Below are positions 51,042 to 59,941 of a DNA stretch of 64,000 nt, piece by piece; the first letter of the stretch is position 1; every line of letters starts with the position of its first letter. The position numbers were made by a program, and so were the translations under genes. Location of the stretch: assembly GCA_963771355.1 (NCBI GenBank), contig CAVYTA010000006.1, positions 352,001 through 416,000 of the forward strand, given 5' to 3'. The notes beneath the pieces are model-generated. The model was given only the letters and a program-made list of their open reading frames with translations, was not told the origin of the DNA and made no database searches. This DNA comes from an uncultured Candidatus Rokubacteria bacterium. GTDB lineage: Bacteria; Methylomirabilota; Methylomirabilia; Rokubacteriales; CSP1-6.

Positions 51042-52136
51042 ATGCGCGCAGAGGCGGCGGTGCTCTACGAGGTCCGGAAGCCCCTGGTGGTCGAGGACGT
51101 CGAGCTCATGGAGCCGGGCCCGGGCGAGGTGCGAGTGAAGTGGACGGCCAACGGGGTCTGCCACAGCGATCTCCACGTGATGACGGGAGATTATCCGCAT
51201 CCGCTGCCGGTGGTGCTGGGGCACGAGGCCGCCGGCGTGGTGGAGCAGATCGGCGCCGGCGTCCAGACGGTGAAGGCCGGCGACCACGTCTGCTCCAGCT
51301 ATATCCCGTCCTGCGGGCGCTGCGGCTACTGCATCGGCGGCCAGCCGACGATGTGCGCGCTCCGCGACAAGCCGCGCTGGTTCATGCTGGACGGCACCGC
51401 GCGCTTCCGCCGCGGCGGGCAGTCGCTCCATCACTTCCTCCAGGTGTCGGGCTATGCCACCCACGCGGTGCTGCCGGAAGAAAGCGTCATCCCCATCCGA
51501 AAAGATGCGCCGCTGGACGTGGTCTGCCTGGTGAGCTGCGGCGTGCTCGCGGGGGCGGGGCCGGTCTTCAATCGCGCCAAGGTGCCGCCGGGGGCGAGCG
51601 TGGCGGTCTGGGGCTGCGGCGGCGTGGGGCTCAACACCATCCAGGCCGCGCGCCTGGTGGGGGCGGGCAAGATCATCGCGGTGGACGTGATGCCGCGGAA
51701 GCTCGCGTGGGCGGAGGAGTTCGGCGCCACGCATCTCGTGGACGCGTCGAAGGAGGACCCGGTGGCCCGCGTCCACGCCATCAGCGGCATGGGCGGGGTG
51801 GACTACTCGTTCGAGGTGGTGGGGACCCAGAAGACCATCGAGCAGGCGCTCCTCGCGACGCACCGGGGCGGCACCTGCGTGGTGGTGGGGGTGAGCCCGG
51901 CGGGCACGCGCATCTCGGTGGACCCGTCGCTCCTCCTCCAGCAGCGGGTGCTCACCGGGTCGTCCTTCGGCGCCGGCCACCAGCGCACCGACGTGCCGAT
52001 GCTGATCGACCTCTACATGAGCGGGAAGTACAAGCTCGACGAGCTGATCACCCGGCGCGTGCCGCTGCGCGAGCTCAACGAGGCCTTCGACCTCATGGTG
52101 CAGGGCGAGGTCAAGCGGAGCGTGGTCGTCTACTGA
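51042..52136 (+). CDS. Zn-dependent alcohol dehydrogenase (class III-like)
   Basis: GVCHSD, GHEAAG, CGRCGYC...C, GCGGVG. Confidence 0.93.
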   Translation: MRAEAAVLYEVRKPLVVEDVELMEPGPGEVRVKWTANGVCHSDLHVMTGDYPHPLPVVLGHEAAGVVEQIGAGVQTVKAGDHVCSSYIPSCGRCGYCIGGQPTMCALRDKPRWFMLDGTARFRRGGQSLHHFLQVSGYATHAVLPEESVIPIRKDAPLDVVCLVSCGVLAGAGPVFNRAKVPPGASVAVWGCGGVGLNTIQAARLVGAGKIIAVDVMPRKLAWAEEFGATHLVDASKEDPVARVHAISGMGGVDYSFEVVGTQKTIEQALLATHRGGTCVVVGVSPAGTRISVDPSLLLQQRVLTGSSFGAGHQRTDVPMLIDLYMSGKYKLDELITRRVPLRELNEAFDLMVQGEVKRSVVVY

Positions 52137-52145
52137 TTACTACTC

Positions 52146-52466
52146 CTACTGGATCACCGAGCGGGGCGTCGCCACCAGGCGCGTCACCTTGATCTTCTCG
52201 CGGTCGATCATCGTGGGCACGCGCGGCGAGATCTCGGTCTTCCAGTAGTCGCTCTGGTACACGGCGTCGTAGAGACGCTTCCGCTCCGCCTCGCTCTCGA
52301 AGCGGCGGATCCAGACATAGACGCTCTCGTCGTCCTCACCCACGAAGCTGCCCAGGATGACCATGCCCATCTTGACCTGGAAGGGGATGATCTCCTCCTC
52401 CATGCACTTCACCCAGTTGTCCCGCTGGCCGGGGTGCAGGTGGTACTGGCGGAGCTCGAAGATCAC
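52146..52466 (-). CDS. NIPSNAP family protein
   Basis: FELRQY, YVWIRRFESE, AVYQSDYW; GAGGAGAG SD before GTG. Confidence 0.85.
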   Translation of the reverse strand: MIFELRQYHLHPGQRDNWVKCMEEEIIPFQVKMGMVILGSFVGEDDESVYVWIRRFESEAERKRLYDAVYQSDYWKTEISPRVPTMIDREKIKVTRLVATPRSVIQ

Positions 52467-52495
52467 GAGGGTCTCTCCTCTCGGCGGGCTTTGAT

Positions 52496-53377
52496 CTAGA
52501 CGGCGGCGGGGACGGGCGCGTCCACGTCCAGGGTGGTGACGCGCCGGAGCTCGCGGCGATACTTCGCGTCGTCGAAGGCCCGGGCGCGGTGCATGGTGGC
52601 GCGGTTGTCCCAGATCACCAGATCGCCCACCCGCCAGTGGTGGCGGTAGACGAACTGGGGCTGGGTGGCGTGCTCGATGAGATCGCGGAGCAGCAGCCGC
52701 CCCTCGGGTACCGGCCAGTCGATGATGCGCGAGGCATGCGAGGCCACGTAGAGCGACCGGCGCCCCGACCGCGGGATCGTCCGGATCAGGGGATGGACGG
52801 CGCCCTTGAGCGCTTCCGCCTCGTTCTCGGAGAACTCGAAGCCGAGCGTCTGGCGCGAGTGGGCGATGGAGTGGTGGACCCGGAGACCTTCCAGGCGCTC
52901 CTTCATCTCGGCGGGAAGGGCGTCGTAGGCGGCGCGCATGTCGGCGTACTCGGTGTCCGCGTCCACCGGGGGCACCACCTTGGCGGACAGCATGGAGTAC
53001 CGTCCCGGCGGATCCTGAAACGACGCGTCGGTGTGCCAGAGCCGGTTGCCGAGCCCGTACATGCGGCGCCGGTGGTCCGAGCGCATGATCTCGCCGTTCT
53101 CGTCCAGGTTCGAGATATCCCCGAGGGCCTCGTTGCCCAGCCGGTTCTTCTGCAGCGCGCTGATGCCGAGCTTGGTGTGGAGCACCCCGTCCAGCCGCTG
53201 GGCGAAGTCGAGGTGCTCGGGGTCGGTGAAGGGCTGGTCGTGGAAGACGAGCACCGCGTACTGGTCCATCCCCGCCCGGATCTCGGCGAGAGTGGCGGCG
53301 TCGTGAACTTGCCGCAGATCGACCGGACCTACCTCCGCGGCGAAATGCGGCGTCAACTGGCGAAAGCTCAGCGCCAT
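52496..53377 (-). CDS. TauD/TfdA family Fe(II)/2-oxoglutarate dioxygenase (TfdA/SdpA-like)
   Basis: NRLWHTDASF (HxD), TEYADMRAAYD, WDNRATMHR, RRVT. Confidence 0.92.
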   Translation of the reverse strand: MALSFRQLTPHFAAEVGPVDLRQVHDAATLAEIRAGMDQYAVLVFHDQPFTDPEHLDFAQRLDGVLHTKLGISALQKNRLGNEALGDISNLDENGEIMRSDHRRRMYGLGNRLWHTDASFQDPPGRYSMLSAKVVPPVDADTEYADMRAAYDALPAEMKERLEGLRVHHSIAHSRQTLGFEFSENEAEALKGAVHPLIRTIPRSGRRSLYVASHASRIIDWPVPEGRLLLRDLIEHATQPQFVYRHHWRVGDLVIWDNRATMHRARAFDDAKYRRELRRVTTLDVDAPVPAAV

Positions 53378-53453
53378 GTGCTTCCCTCCCATGAGGAATT
53401 ATCCCGAGCGTAGGCCCGGCGGGGGGCCGCGGTCAAGTCTCGGACGCGCGTGG

Positions 53454-54611
53454 CTACCTGAGGCGCGCGCTGGCCAGGGCGGCGCCCTCGACGAGCGCGC
53501 GAAGCTTGGCCCACACCACGCTCTCCGCGCACATCTCGGAGCCGGCGAAGGTGCCGAAGCCGCAGTCGGTGGACGCGATGACCCGGGTACGATCCCCCAC
53601 CGCCTCGACCGCCTGGGCGATGCGGTCCGCCACCACCTCCGGATGCTCGACGTAGTTGGTGGTGGTGTCGATGACCCCGGGAAGAAACAGCAGGGATCCC
53701 GGCAGCCCGCGCCGCGCCAGCACCTTGTACTCGTGCTGGTGGCGGGGATTGGCCAGCGGGAGGGACAGCGCGCCCACCCGGGCGCGGAGCAGCACCGGGA
53801 GGATGTCCTCCAACGGCACGTCGTGGACGTGGGGCCCGTCGTAGTTGCCCCAGCACACGTGCAGGCGAATGCGGTCGGGCGGGATGCCCTCGGTGGCGCG
53901 GTTGATGGCTTCCACGTGGAGCTCGATCGCGCGGAGGAAGCCGTCCAGGGACTCGCCCTGGAAGAAGCGCACCCGCTCCATGGCGAGGTCGGGGCAGTCG
54001 AGCTGGAGCAGGAGCCCGCGCGCGTGGATGAGCGCGTACTCCTTGCGCATCTCGTCCGCCAGCGCGAGCACGTAGCGCTCGTGCGAGTCGTAGTGCGCGT
54101 TGAGGAGCACGGTGGCGATGGTGCCGGGGGAGGCGGCGGTCATGAACCGCTCGACGAAGCGGCCGGGCGCGGCGTCGGTCACGCGCTGGAAGAGGGCACA
54201 CTCCCGCTCGGCCTCGCCGAGGTCCTCGTAACGCACGGCGGCGATCGCCTGCGGCGCATCGCCGATCCGCGCCGCCGACTGGCGCCGCCGGGCCAGCATC
54301 TCGGCGTAGTCGGGAAACTCGGCGACGTCACGCGCCGGCAGGCGCGCGCTGACGCCGCCGAAGCCGCGCATGCGCCGCGCCACGTAGGTGGAGAAGCCGG
54401 CCCGCGGCTGCTCGCCGTCGTTCCCGACGTCGATGCCGATCTCCGTCTGGCGGGCCACCACCGTGCGCACCGCCGCTTCCGCCTCGCGGGCCAGCGCGCC
54501 CGTGTCCACCGGCTCGCCGCGATCCTGACGGACGAGCAGGTCACGGAGGACGGGGTTGCGCGGGATGCTGCCCACGTGGGTGGTCAGGATGCGGTCGTCG
54601 CTCTTGCGCAT
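53454..54611 (-). CDS. Short MetE-like/epoxyalkane:CoM transferase-like Zn protein
   Basis: RILTTHVGS, GNDGEQ, LQLDCPDL; Zn ligands HVCWGN...STDCGF. Confidence 0.88.
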   Translation of the reverse strand: MRKSDDRILTTHVGSIPRNPVLRDLLVRQDRGEPVDTGALAREAEAAVRTVVARQTEIGIDVGNDGEQPRAGFSTYVARRMRGFGGVSARLPARDVAEFPDYAEMLARRRQSAARIGDAPQAIAAVRYEDLGEAERECALFQRVTDAAPGRFVERFMTAASPGTIATVLLNAHYDSHERYVLALADEMRKEYALIHARGLLLQLDCPDLAMERVRFFQGESLDGFLRAIELHVEAINRATEGIPPDRIRLHVCWGNYDGPHVHDVPLEDILPVLLRARVGALSLPLANPRHQHEYKVLARRGLPGSLLFLPGVIDTTTNYVEHPEVVADRIAQAVEAVGDRTRVIASTDCGFGTFAGSEMCAESVVWAKLRALVEGAALASARLR

Positions 54612-54672
54612 GAGAACCCGCGCCAGGGTACCATCGGCGGGCGGAGTCGACATCGAGTTCAGGAGGGGCGCC

Positions 54673-55773
54673 ATGGTGACGCTGTTGACGGAGCGGGGCG
54701 AGCGGACGGTGGCGGAGGCGCGCGGCGAGGGGGACCATCTCTGGCTCGCCGCCTCCGAGATGGAGGCGGCCACGGGCTGGGAGGTGCAGCCGGAGGGGCT
54801 GTGCCATGGCGCGGCCTGCGTGCCGTGGCCGGCGGGCCGCGAGGCCGAGCTGGTCCGCGACGGTCGCGTGGAGGTGGGCGCCTTCTGGCGTCACCTCGGC
54901 AAGCCCGCCGCGCATAGCGCGGCCGGCGACGTCTGGGTGCTGGGCGAGGGGGCGGGCGAGCGCGCGGAGGCGCTGCGCTCGCTGCAGGCGCCGGACTTCA
55001 GCCTGCCCGACCCGAGCGGAACCATGCACTCGCTGTCCGAGCTGCGCGGCAAGAAGGTGCTGCTGGTCTCCTGGGCGTCCTGGTGAGGGTGCCGGCGCGA
55101 CCTGCCCGTGTGGCAGGCGCTCTACGAGGAGCTGCGGGACCAGAACTTCACGGTGGTGGCCGTCGCCATGGACAGCCGGCCCGCCGATCCGCTGCCGTGG
55201 ATCGAGGCGGCTCGACCTACCTACCTGACCCTGATAGACCGTGACCACCGCCTGGCCGACCTCTACAACATGGTGAACGTTCCCGAAGCGGTGTGGATCG
55301 ACGAGGATGGACGCATCGTCCGGCCCCCCGAGCCGGCCGGCTCCTACGAGGGCTTCCGCCAGATGAATCGGCAGACCAAGGAGATGCCGGAGGAGGCGGC
55401 CCGCCTCACCGCCCAGGCCAAGGCGACCTATGTCGACGCCATCCGCGACTGGGTGCGGAACGGCCCGCGCAGCGAGCACGCGCTCGATGCCCGGCGCGCC
55501 TTCGCCCACGTGAAGGCGCCCGACGACAACGCGGCGCGCGCCCACGTCGCCTTCCGACTCGGGCAGTATCTGATCCGCGCCGGGCGATCGGACGAGGGCC
55601 GGCGCTGGCTGGCGGAGGCGAGCCGCCTGCACCCGGAGTCCTGGTGCATCTGGCGCCAGCAGGCGGGCGTCAACGAGACGGGGCTCGCGTCGCTGCCGGA
55701 ATTCTGGGAGCGAGTGGACGCGCTCGGGGAGAAGCGTTATTACCCCGCGATCGACATGCACGGCATGCCATGA
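54673..55773 (+). CDS. Probable selenoprotein: TlpA/ResA-like redoxin with WASW-U-GC motif (366 aa, Sec138 at TGA 55084-55086)
   Basis: AGGAGG SD at 54661; track ORFs ending 55086 and starting 55108 are in the same frame; read-through gives APDFSLPD...LRGKKVLLVSWASW-U-GCRRDLPVWQ...NVPEAVWIDEDG; SECIS-like hairpin follows. Confidence 0.88.
55097..55120 (+). promoter_or_regulatory. Bacterial SECIS-like stem-loop
   Basis: GCG-A-CCTGCC-cgtgt-GGCAGG-CGC: 9 bp with a bulged A; the loop starts 20 nt after the UGA and has G at loop position 2. Confidence 0.7.
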
Positions 55774-56654
55774 AGACCGTCCTCATCACCGGCGCCGCGG
55801 GCGGCGTGGGGTCCGGGCTCCGCCGTGCCCTGGCGGGGAAGTACGCGCTGCGCCTGTCCGACCTGCGGCCGGTGAAGAATCTCGCTCCCGGCGAAACATT
55901 CATGCGCGCCGACATCACGAAGCTCCCCGACTTCCTCCGCATCAGCCGGGGTGTCGACGCCATCGTGCACCTGGGGGGCTACTCGGTGGAGGGCCCGTGG
56001 CCGCGCATCCTCAAGGCCAATATCACGGGCTGCCACAACGCCTACGAGGCCGCGCGGCGGAACGGGGTGCCGCGCTTCATCTTCCCCACCAGCAATCACG
56101 CGGTGGGGTTCTATCGGCGCGACGAGACCATCGACCACCGCGTGTATCCGAAGCCGGACGGCCGCTACGGCGTGTCCAAGGTCTTCGGCGAAGCGCTCGG
56201 CAGCCTCTATGCCGACAAGTACGGGCTGCGCGTCCTCTGCATCCGCATCGGCAACCTGAACGAGCGCCCCATCGACAAGCGCCGGCTGGCCATCTGGATC
56301 TCGCCGCGCGACCTGGGGCAGCTCGTGTCCATCGGCGTCGAGCACCCGGACCTGCACTTCGAGATCGTGTACGGCGTGTCGGACAATCGCCGCGCCTGGT
56401 ACGACAACGCCAACGCACAGCGCCTCGGCTACCGGCCCCAGGATCGCGCGGAGGACTACGCCGCCGAGGTGCTGGCCAAGGAGCCGCCGGTGACGGACGA
56501 GCGCGCGGAGACCTTTCAGGGCGGCACCTTCGTCACCGCGGAGGCGGTCGAGGACCCGAGCGGGCTGACGGTGACCAGGAGGCGGGCGAGGACGAAGACC
56601 ACGACGAAGACGACGACCAAACGGTTGCGCCGCGCTGGTCGGCGAGGCAAGTAG
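55770..56654 (+). CDS. NAD(P)-dependent epimerase/dehydrogenase (uronate dehydrogenase-like)
   Basis: VLITGAAGGVG, SNHAVGFY, YGVSKVFGE, IRIG; ATGA overlap with the selenoprotein stop; basic low-complexity tail. Confidence 0.88.
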   Translation: MKTVLITGAAGGVGSGLRRALAGKYALRLSDLRPVKNLAPGETFMRADITKLPDFLRISRGVDAIVHLGGYSVEGPWPRILKANITGCHNAYEAARRNGVPRFIFPTSNHAVGFYRRDETIDHRVYPKPDGRYGVSKVFGEALGSLYADKYGLRVLCIRIGNLNERPIDKRRLAIWISPRDLGQLVSIGVEHPDLHFEIVYGVSDNRRAWYDNANAQRLGYRPQDRAEDYAAEVLAKEPPVTDERAETFQGGTFVTAEAVEDPSGLTVTRRRARTKTTTKTTTKRLRRAGRRGK

Positions 56655-56659
56655 CCGCC

Positions 56660-58103
56660 ATGGCGGACGTGCGTCGCGTTGCGATCAAGGCGCCTTATGT
56701 GCTGGCCCACGACGGCCGGGCGCATCGCCTGCTCCGCGATGGGGTGGTGGTGGTGGAGGGGGATCGCGTGCTGTCCGTGGGACCACGCTTCGAGGGCCGG
56801 GTGGACGAGACGGTGGACGCCGCCGATCGCATCGTGACCCCGGGCCTCATCTCCACCCATGCGCACATGGCGGGCTCTCCGCTCGACCGCTCGTTCATCG
56901 AGGACCGCGGCAACCCGCAGTTCTTCTACTCCGGCCTCTTCGAGATGCTGCCCGTCCGCGCCGAGGCCCAGGACGAGGAGGCCAGCCGGGCGTGCATCGA
57001 CTTCTCCATGGCCGAGCTGCTGCGCGGCGGGGTGACCACGGTCATGGAGATCGGGCCCATCGGGGAGTACGTGGTCGAGCGCGCCGCCCACTACGGCCTG
57101 CGCGTCTACCTCGGGCCTGGGCTTCCGCTCCGGCCGCTGGCTCACGCGCGACGGGAAGCGTGTCGAGTGGGAGTGGAACGAGGAGGCGGGGCGCCAGGGG
57201 CTGCGCCGCGCGGTGGACTTTCACGCCAAGCACGACGGGGCCCACGGTGACCTCGTGCGCTGCTTCTTCGCGCCGGCCCAGATCGATACCTGCACCGCCG
57301 AGCTGCTGAAGGACGCGAAGCGCTGGGCGGACGAGACGAGGCGCCCCTATCAGGTGCACACCTCCCAGTCCGTGGTCGAGTTCAACGAGATGCTGAGCCG
57401 CCACGGCAAGACCCCCATCGCCTGGATGCAAGAGCTGGGGGTGCTGGGCCCCAGCACCATCCTGGGCCACGCCATCATCGTGGGCGGCTCCTCGTGGACC
57501 AACTACCCGGCGGGCGACGTGGACATCATGGCCGACTCCGGCTGCTCGGTGGCGCACGCGGTGTGGGTGTTCGCGCGGCGCGGCGTCGCCATGGAGTCAT
57601 TCGGCCGCTACCGCGCGGCCGGCATCAACATGTCGCTCGGCACCGACACCAATCCCCAGAGCGTGATCGAGGCCATGCGCTGGGCCGCGGTGGTGTCCAA
57701 GATGATGGAGCGGAACACGGAGTCCACCACCGCCGCCCACGTCTTCGACGCGGCCACCCTCGGCGGGGCCCGGGCGCTGGGCCGGGACGATCTCGGGCGC
57801 ATCGCGCCCGGCGCCAAGGCGGACCTGGTGCTGTGGAGGGCGCGGTCCTGGCGCATGACGCCGCTCCGCGACCCGATCAAGAACATCGTCTACAACGCCA
57901 CCGACGAGGATATCGACCGCGTCTATGTGAATGGGCGCTTGGTGGTGGACGGAGGCCGGGTGCTGGCCGCCGACGAGCGCGCCATCCTCGCCGCGCTCCA
58001 GGCGGGCGGGGATCGCATGTGGCCGCGCATGGCCAAGTCCGACTGGGCGGGTCGGGGCGCCGACACGCTCTCGCCCCCCACCTATCCCGACTGGGAGCGC
58101 TAG
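56660..58103 (+). CDS. Metal-dependent amidohydrolase (with +1 frameshift near 57113-57117)
   Basis: PGLISTHAH, ELLRGGVTT...VYLG|LGFRSGRW...QVHTSQ, LGHAI, LGTD, GRIAPGAKADL; span 1444 = 3n+1. Confidence 0.85.
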
Positions 58104-58108
58104 CGGGG

Positions 58109-59095
58109 CTAGGTCGCGCTCACCGCGAACTTCTGGAAGGTGTGGCAGCCCGCGGGTGCCAGCCCGCGGCTCACCGCGAAGGTCCAGGACACCTCGCCCA
58201 CGTAGACGTCGCCCTTCGAGTCCACCGCCAGGCCGTGGGGCGCGACGAAGCTGCCCGGCGCCACCGCGTCGGGGGTGCCCCAGCGCGCCAGCACCTTGCC
58301 GTTCTGGTCGAAGACGCTGGTGCGGCCGTGGCGGGGCACCGTGATGGCCCCGTGGCGCTGAGAGGTTTGCCCCTTGTGCCACCAGAGCTCGGACACGTAG
58401 GCGCGGCCCTGCCGATCGAACACGATGTGGGTGGGCCGCTGGGTGTCCGTCCACTCGGCGAGATACTCGCCGTCCGGGTCGAAGATCTGGATGCGGTCGT
58501 TCTCGCGATCGCAGACGAAGACTCGCCCGTCGGCGGAGGTCGCGATGCCGTGGGGGAGATGGAACTGGCCGGGCCCCTTGCCGGAGACGCCCCAGGAGCG
58601 CAGCAACTCGCCGGTGGGGGAGAACACGTGGACGCGGCAATTCCCGTAGCCGTCCGAGATGTAGAGGCGCCCCTTGAGCCCCACCGCCACGTTGGTGGGC
58701 CGGTTGAAGGGCCCGGCCGGGCGCGGGATATTGATGGAGTCCTTGCCGTCGTAGCCGGTGTCCGAGGGCGTGTCGAGCGTGCCCAGCGTCATGAGCAGCT
58801 TGCCCTCGGGCGTGAACTGCCGGACGGTGTGGTTGCCGTCGTCGGTGCAGAAGAGCGTCCCGTCCGGCGCCACCGTGATCCCGTGGGTCCGATAGGTGAA
58901 CTCGCCCTCGCCCCACGAGCGCAGGAAGCTTCCCTTGCGGTCATACGCGATGATCGGGTGGTCGCCGCGGCAGATGAGGAAGACCCGATCCTCGCCGTCC
59001 ACCGCCACGCCCGCGACGTCGCGGTGCTCATAGCCGGCGGGGAGCTGCTCCCAGCCCTCGACCACCTGGAACTTCAGCGCGCTGTCCTGGACCAT
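58109..59095 (-). CDS. NHL-repeat beta-propeller (peptidyl-alpha-hydroxyglycine lyase-like)
   Basis: FNRPTNVAV, ISDGYGNCRV, GQFHLPHGI, DRENDRIQIF, FVAPHGLAVD. Confidence 0.88.
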   Translation of the reverse strand: MVQDSALKFQVVEGWEQLPAGYEHRDVAGVAVDGEDRVFLICRGDHPIIAYDRKGSFLRSWGEGEFTYRTHGITVAPDGTLFCTDDGNHTVRQFTPEGKLLMTLGTLDTPSDTGYDGKDSINIPRPAGPFNRPTNVAVGLKGRLYISDGYGNCRVHVFSPTGELLRSWGVSGKGPGQFHLPHGIATSADGRVFVCDRENDRIQIFDPDGEYLAEWTDTQRPTHIVFDRQGRAYVSELWWHKGQTSQRHGAITVPRHGRTSVFDQNGKVLARWGTPDAVAPGSFVAPHGLAVDSKGDVYVGEVSWTFAVSRGLAPAGCHTFQKFAVSAT

Positions 59096-59217
59096 GATCG
59101 CCCTCCGCGGTGGTGCCGCTCTCTGTTCACCCCTCGTACCCCCGCCAGACTAGGAACGAGGAGGGCGCGAGTCAAGCCTCCTGCGCTAGAATCTGCCGGG
59201 AGCGAGGAGGCCCAGCC

Positions 59218-59919
59218 ATGACCACCGAGACCTGGTACGACGGATTGACGGCGGAGCTGCTGGCGCAGAGCCCCTTCCGGCAGTCGGGCTACTTCAAGCG
59301 CTTCGCCGCCGGCACGCTGACCCGGGAGCAGGTGTGGGGCCATATCGGCCAGCACTACCTGCTCATCGAGGCGTTTCCGCGCATCTTCAGCGCCATCCAC
59401 GCGCGCTGCGACGATCTCGAGGTCCGGAAGGATTGCGCGCGCCACCTGCTGGTGGAGGATCTCGGCTATTTCGAGGGCCGGGTGGGCGGCACGCCGGATC
59501 ACGACGAGATGTACCGGCGCATCGGCGACGACCTCGGCTATCCGCGCGAGGCGTACGCCGCCATCAAGCCGGTGCCCGAGATGGCGGCCATCCTCGCCTT
59601 CTTCCGCCGCCTCGGCGGAGAGACCCCGTGGCATGCCTCGCTCTGCGCCACCGCGCTGCTCGAGGAAGAGGTGGTCGAGATCGCCCAGACGGTGGGGAAG
59701 GCCTTGCTGACGCACTACGGCGTCCGACCGGAATGGGGCGGGCTGAACTACGCGGCCCACGAGGCCATCGAGAAGGAAGAGTCGGGGGAGACCAAGAAGA
59801 CCATTCTCAAGCACGTGGCCACCGATGCCGCGCGGCGGGACGCGGAGGCGGCGATGCGGGAGATGCACCGCTTGCTGGAGGACTACGCGGCGGGCCTCGC
59901 GCGGCGCTATCCCGACTGA
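59218..59919 (+). CDS. Heme-oxygenase-like diiron protein (PqqC/CADD/TenA superfamily)
   Basis: YFKRFAAGTLTREQ, FPRIFSAIHARC, EDLG...PDH, LLEEE, HEAIEKEE; GAGGAGG SD before ATG 59218. Confidence 0.78.
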   Translation: MTTETWYDGLTAELLAQSPFRQSGYFKRFAAGTLTREQVWGHIGQHYLLIEAFPRIFSAIHARCDDLEVRKDCARHLLVEDLGYFEGRVGGTPDHDEMYRRIGDDLGYPREAYAAIKPVPEMAAILAFFRRLGGETPWHASLCATALLEEEVVEIAQTVGKALLTHYGVRPEWGGLNYAAHEAIEKEESGETKKTILKHVATDAARRDAEAAMREMHRLLEDYAAGLARRYPD

Positions 59920-59941
59920 GGGCGGCGCGCCCGCACGCGCG

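Noticed and set aside
56570..56654. Basic TKTT-repeat tail on the SDR, and Pro/Ala-rich tracts at 15230-15290, 48360-48470 and 61070-61120
   Set aside because: Low-complexity linkers and tails typical of GC-rich genomes.
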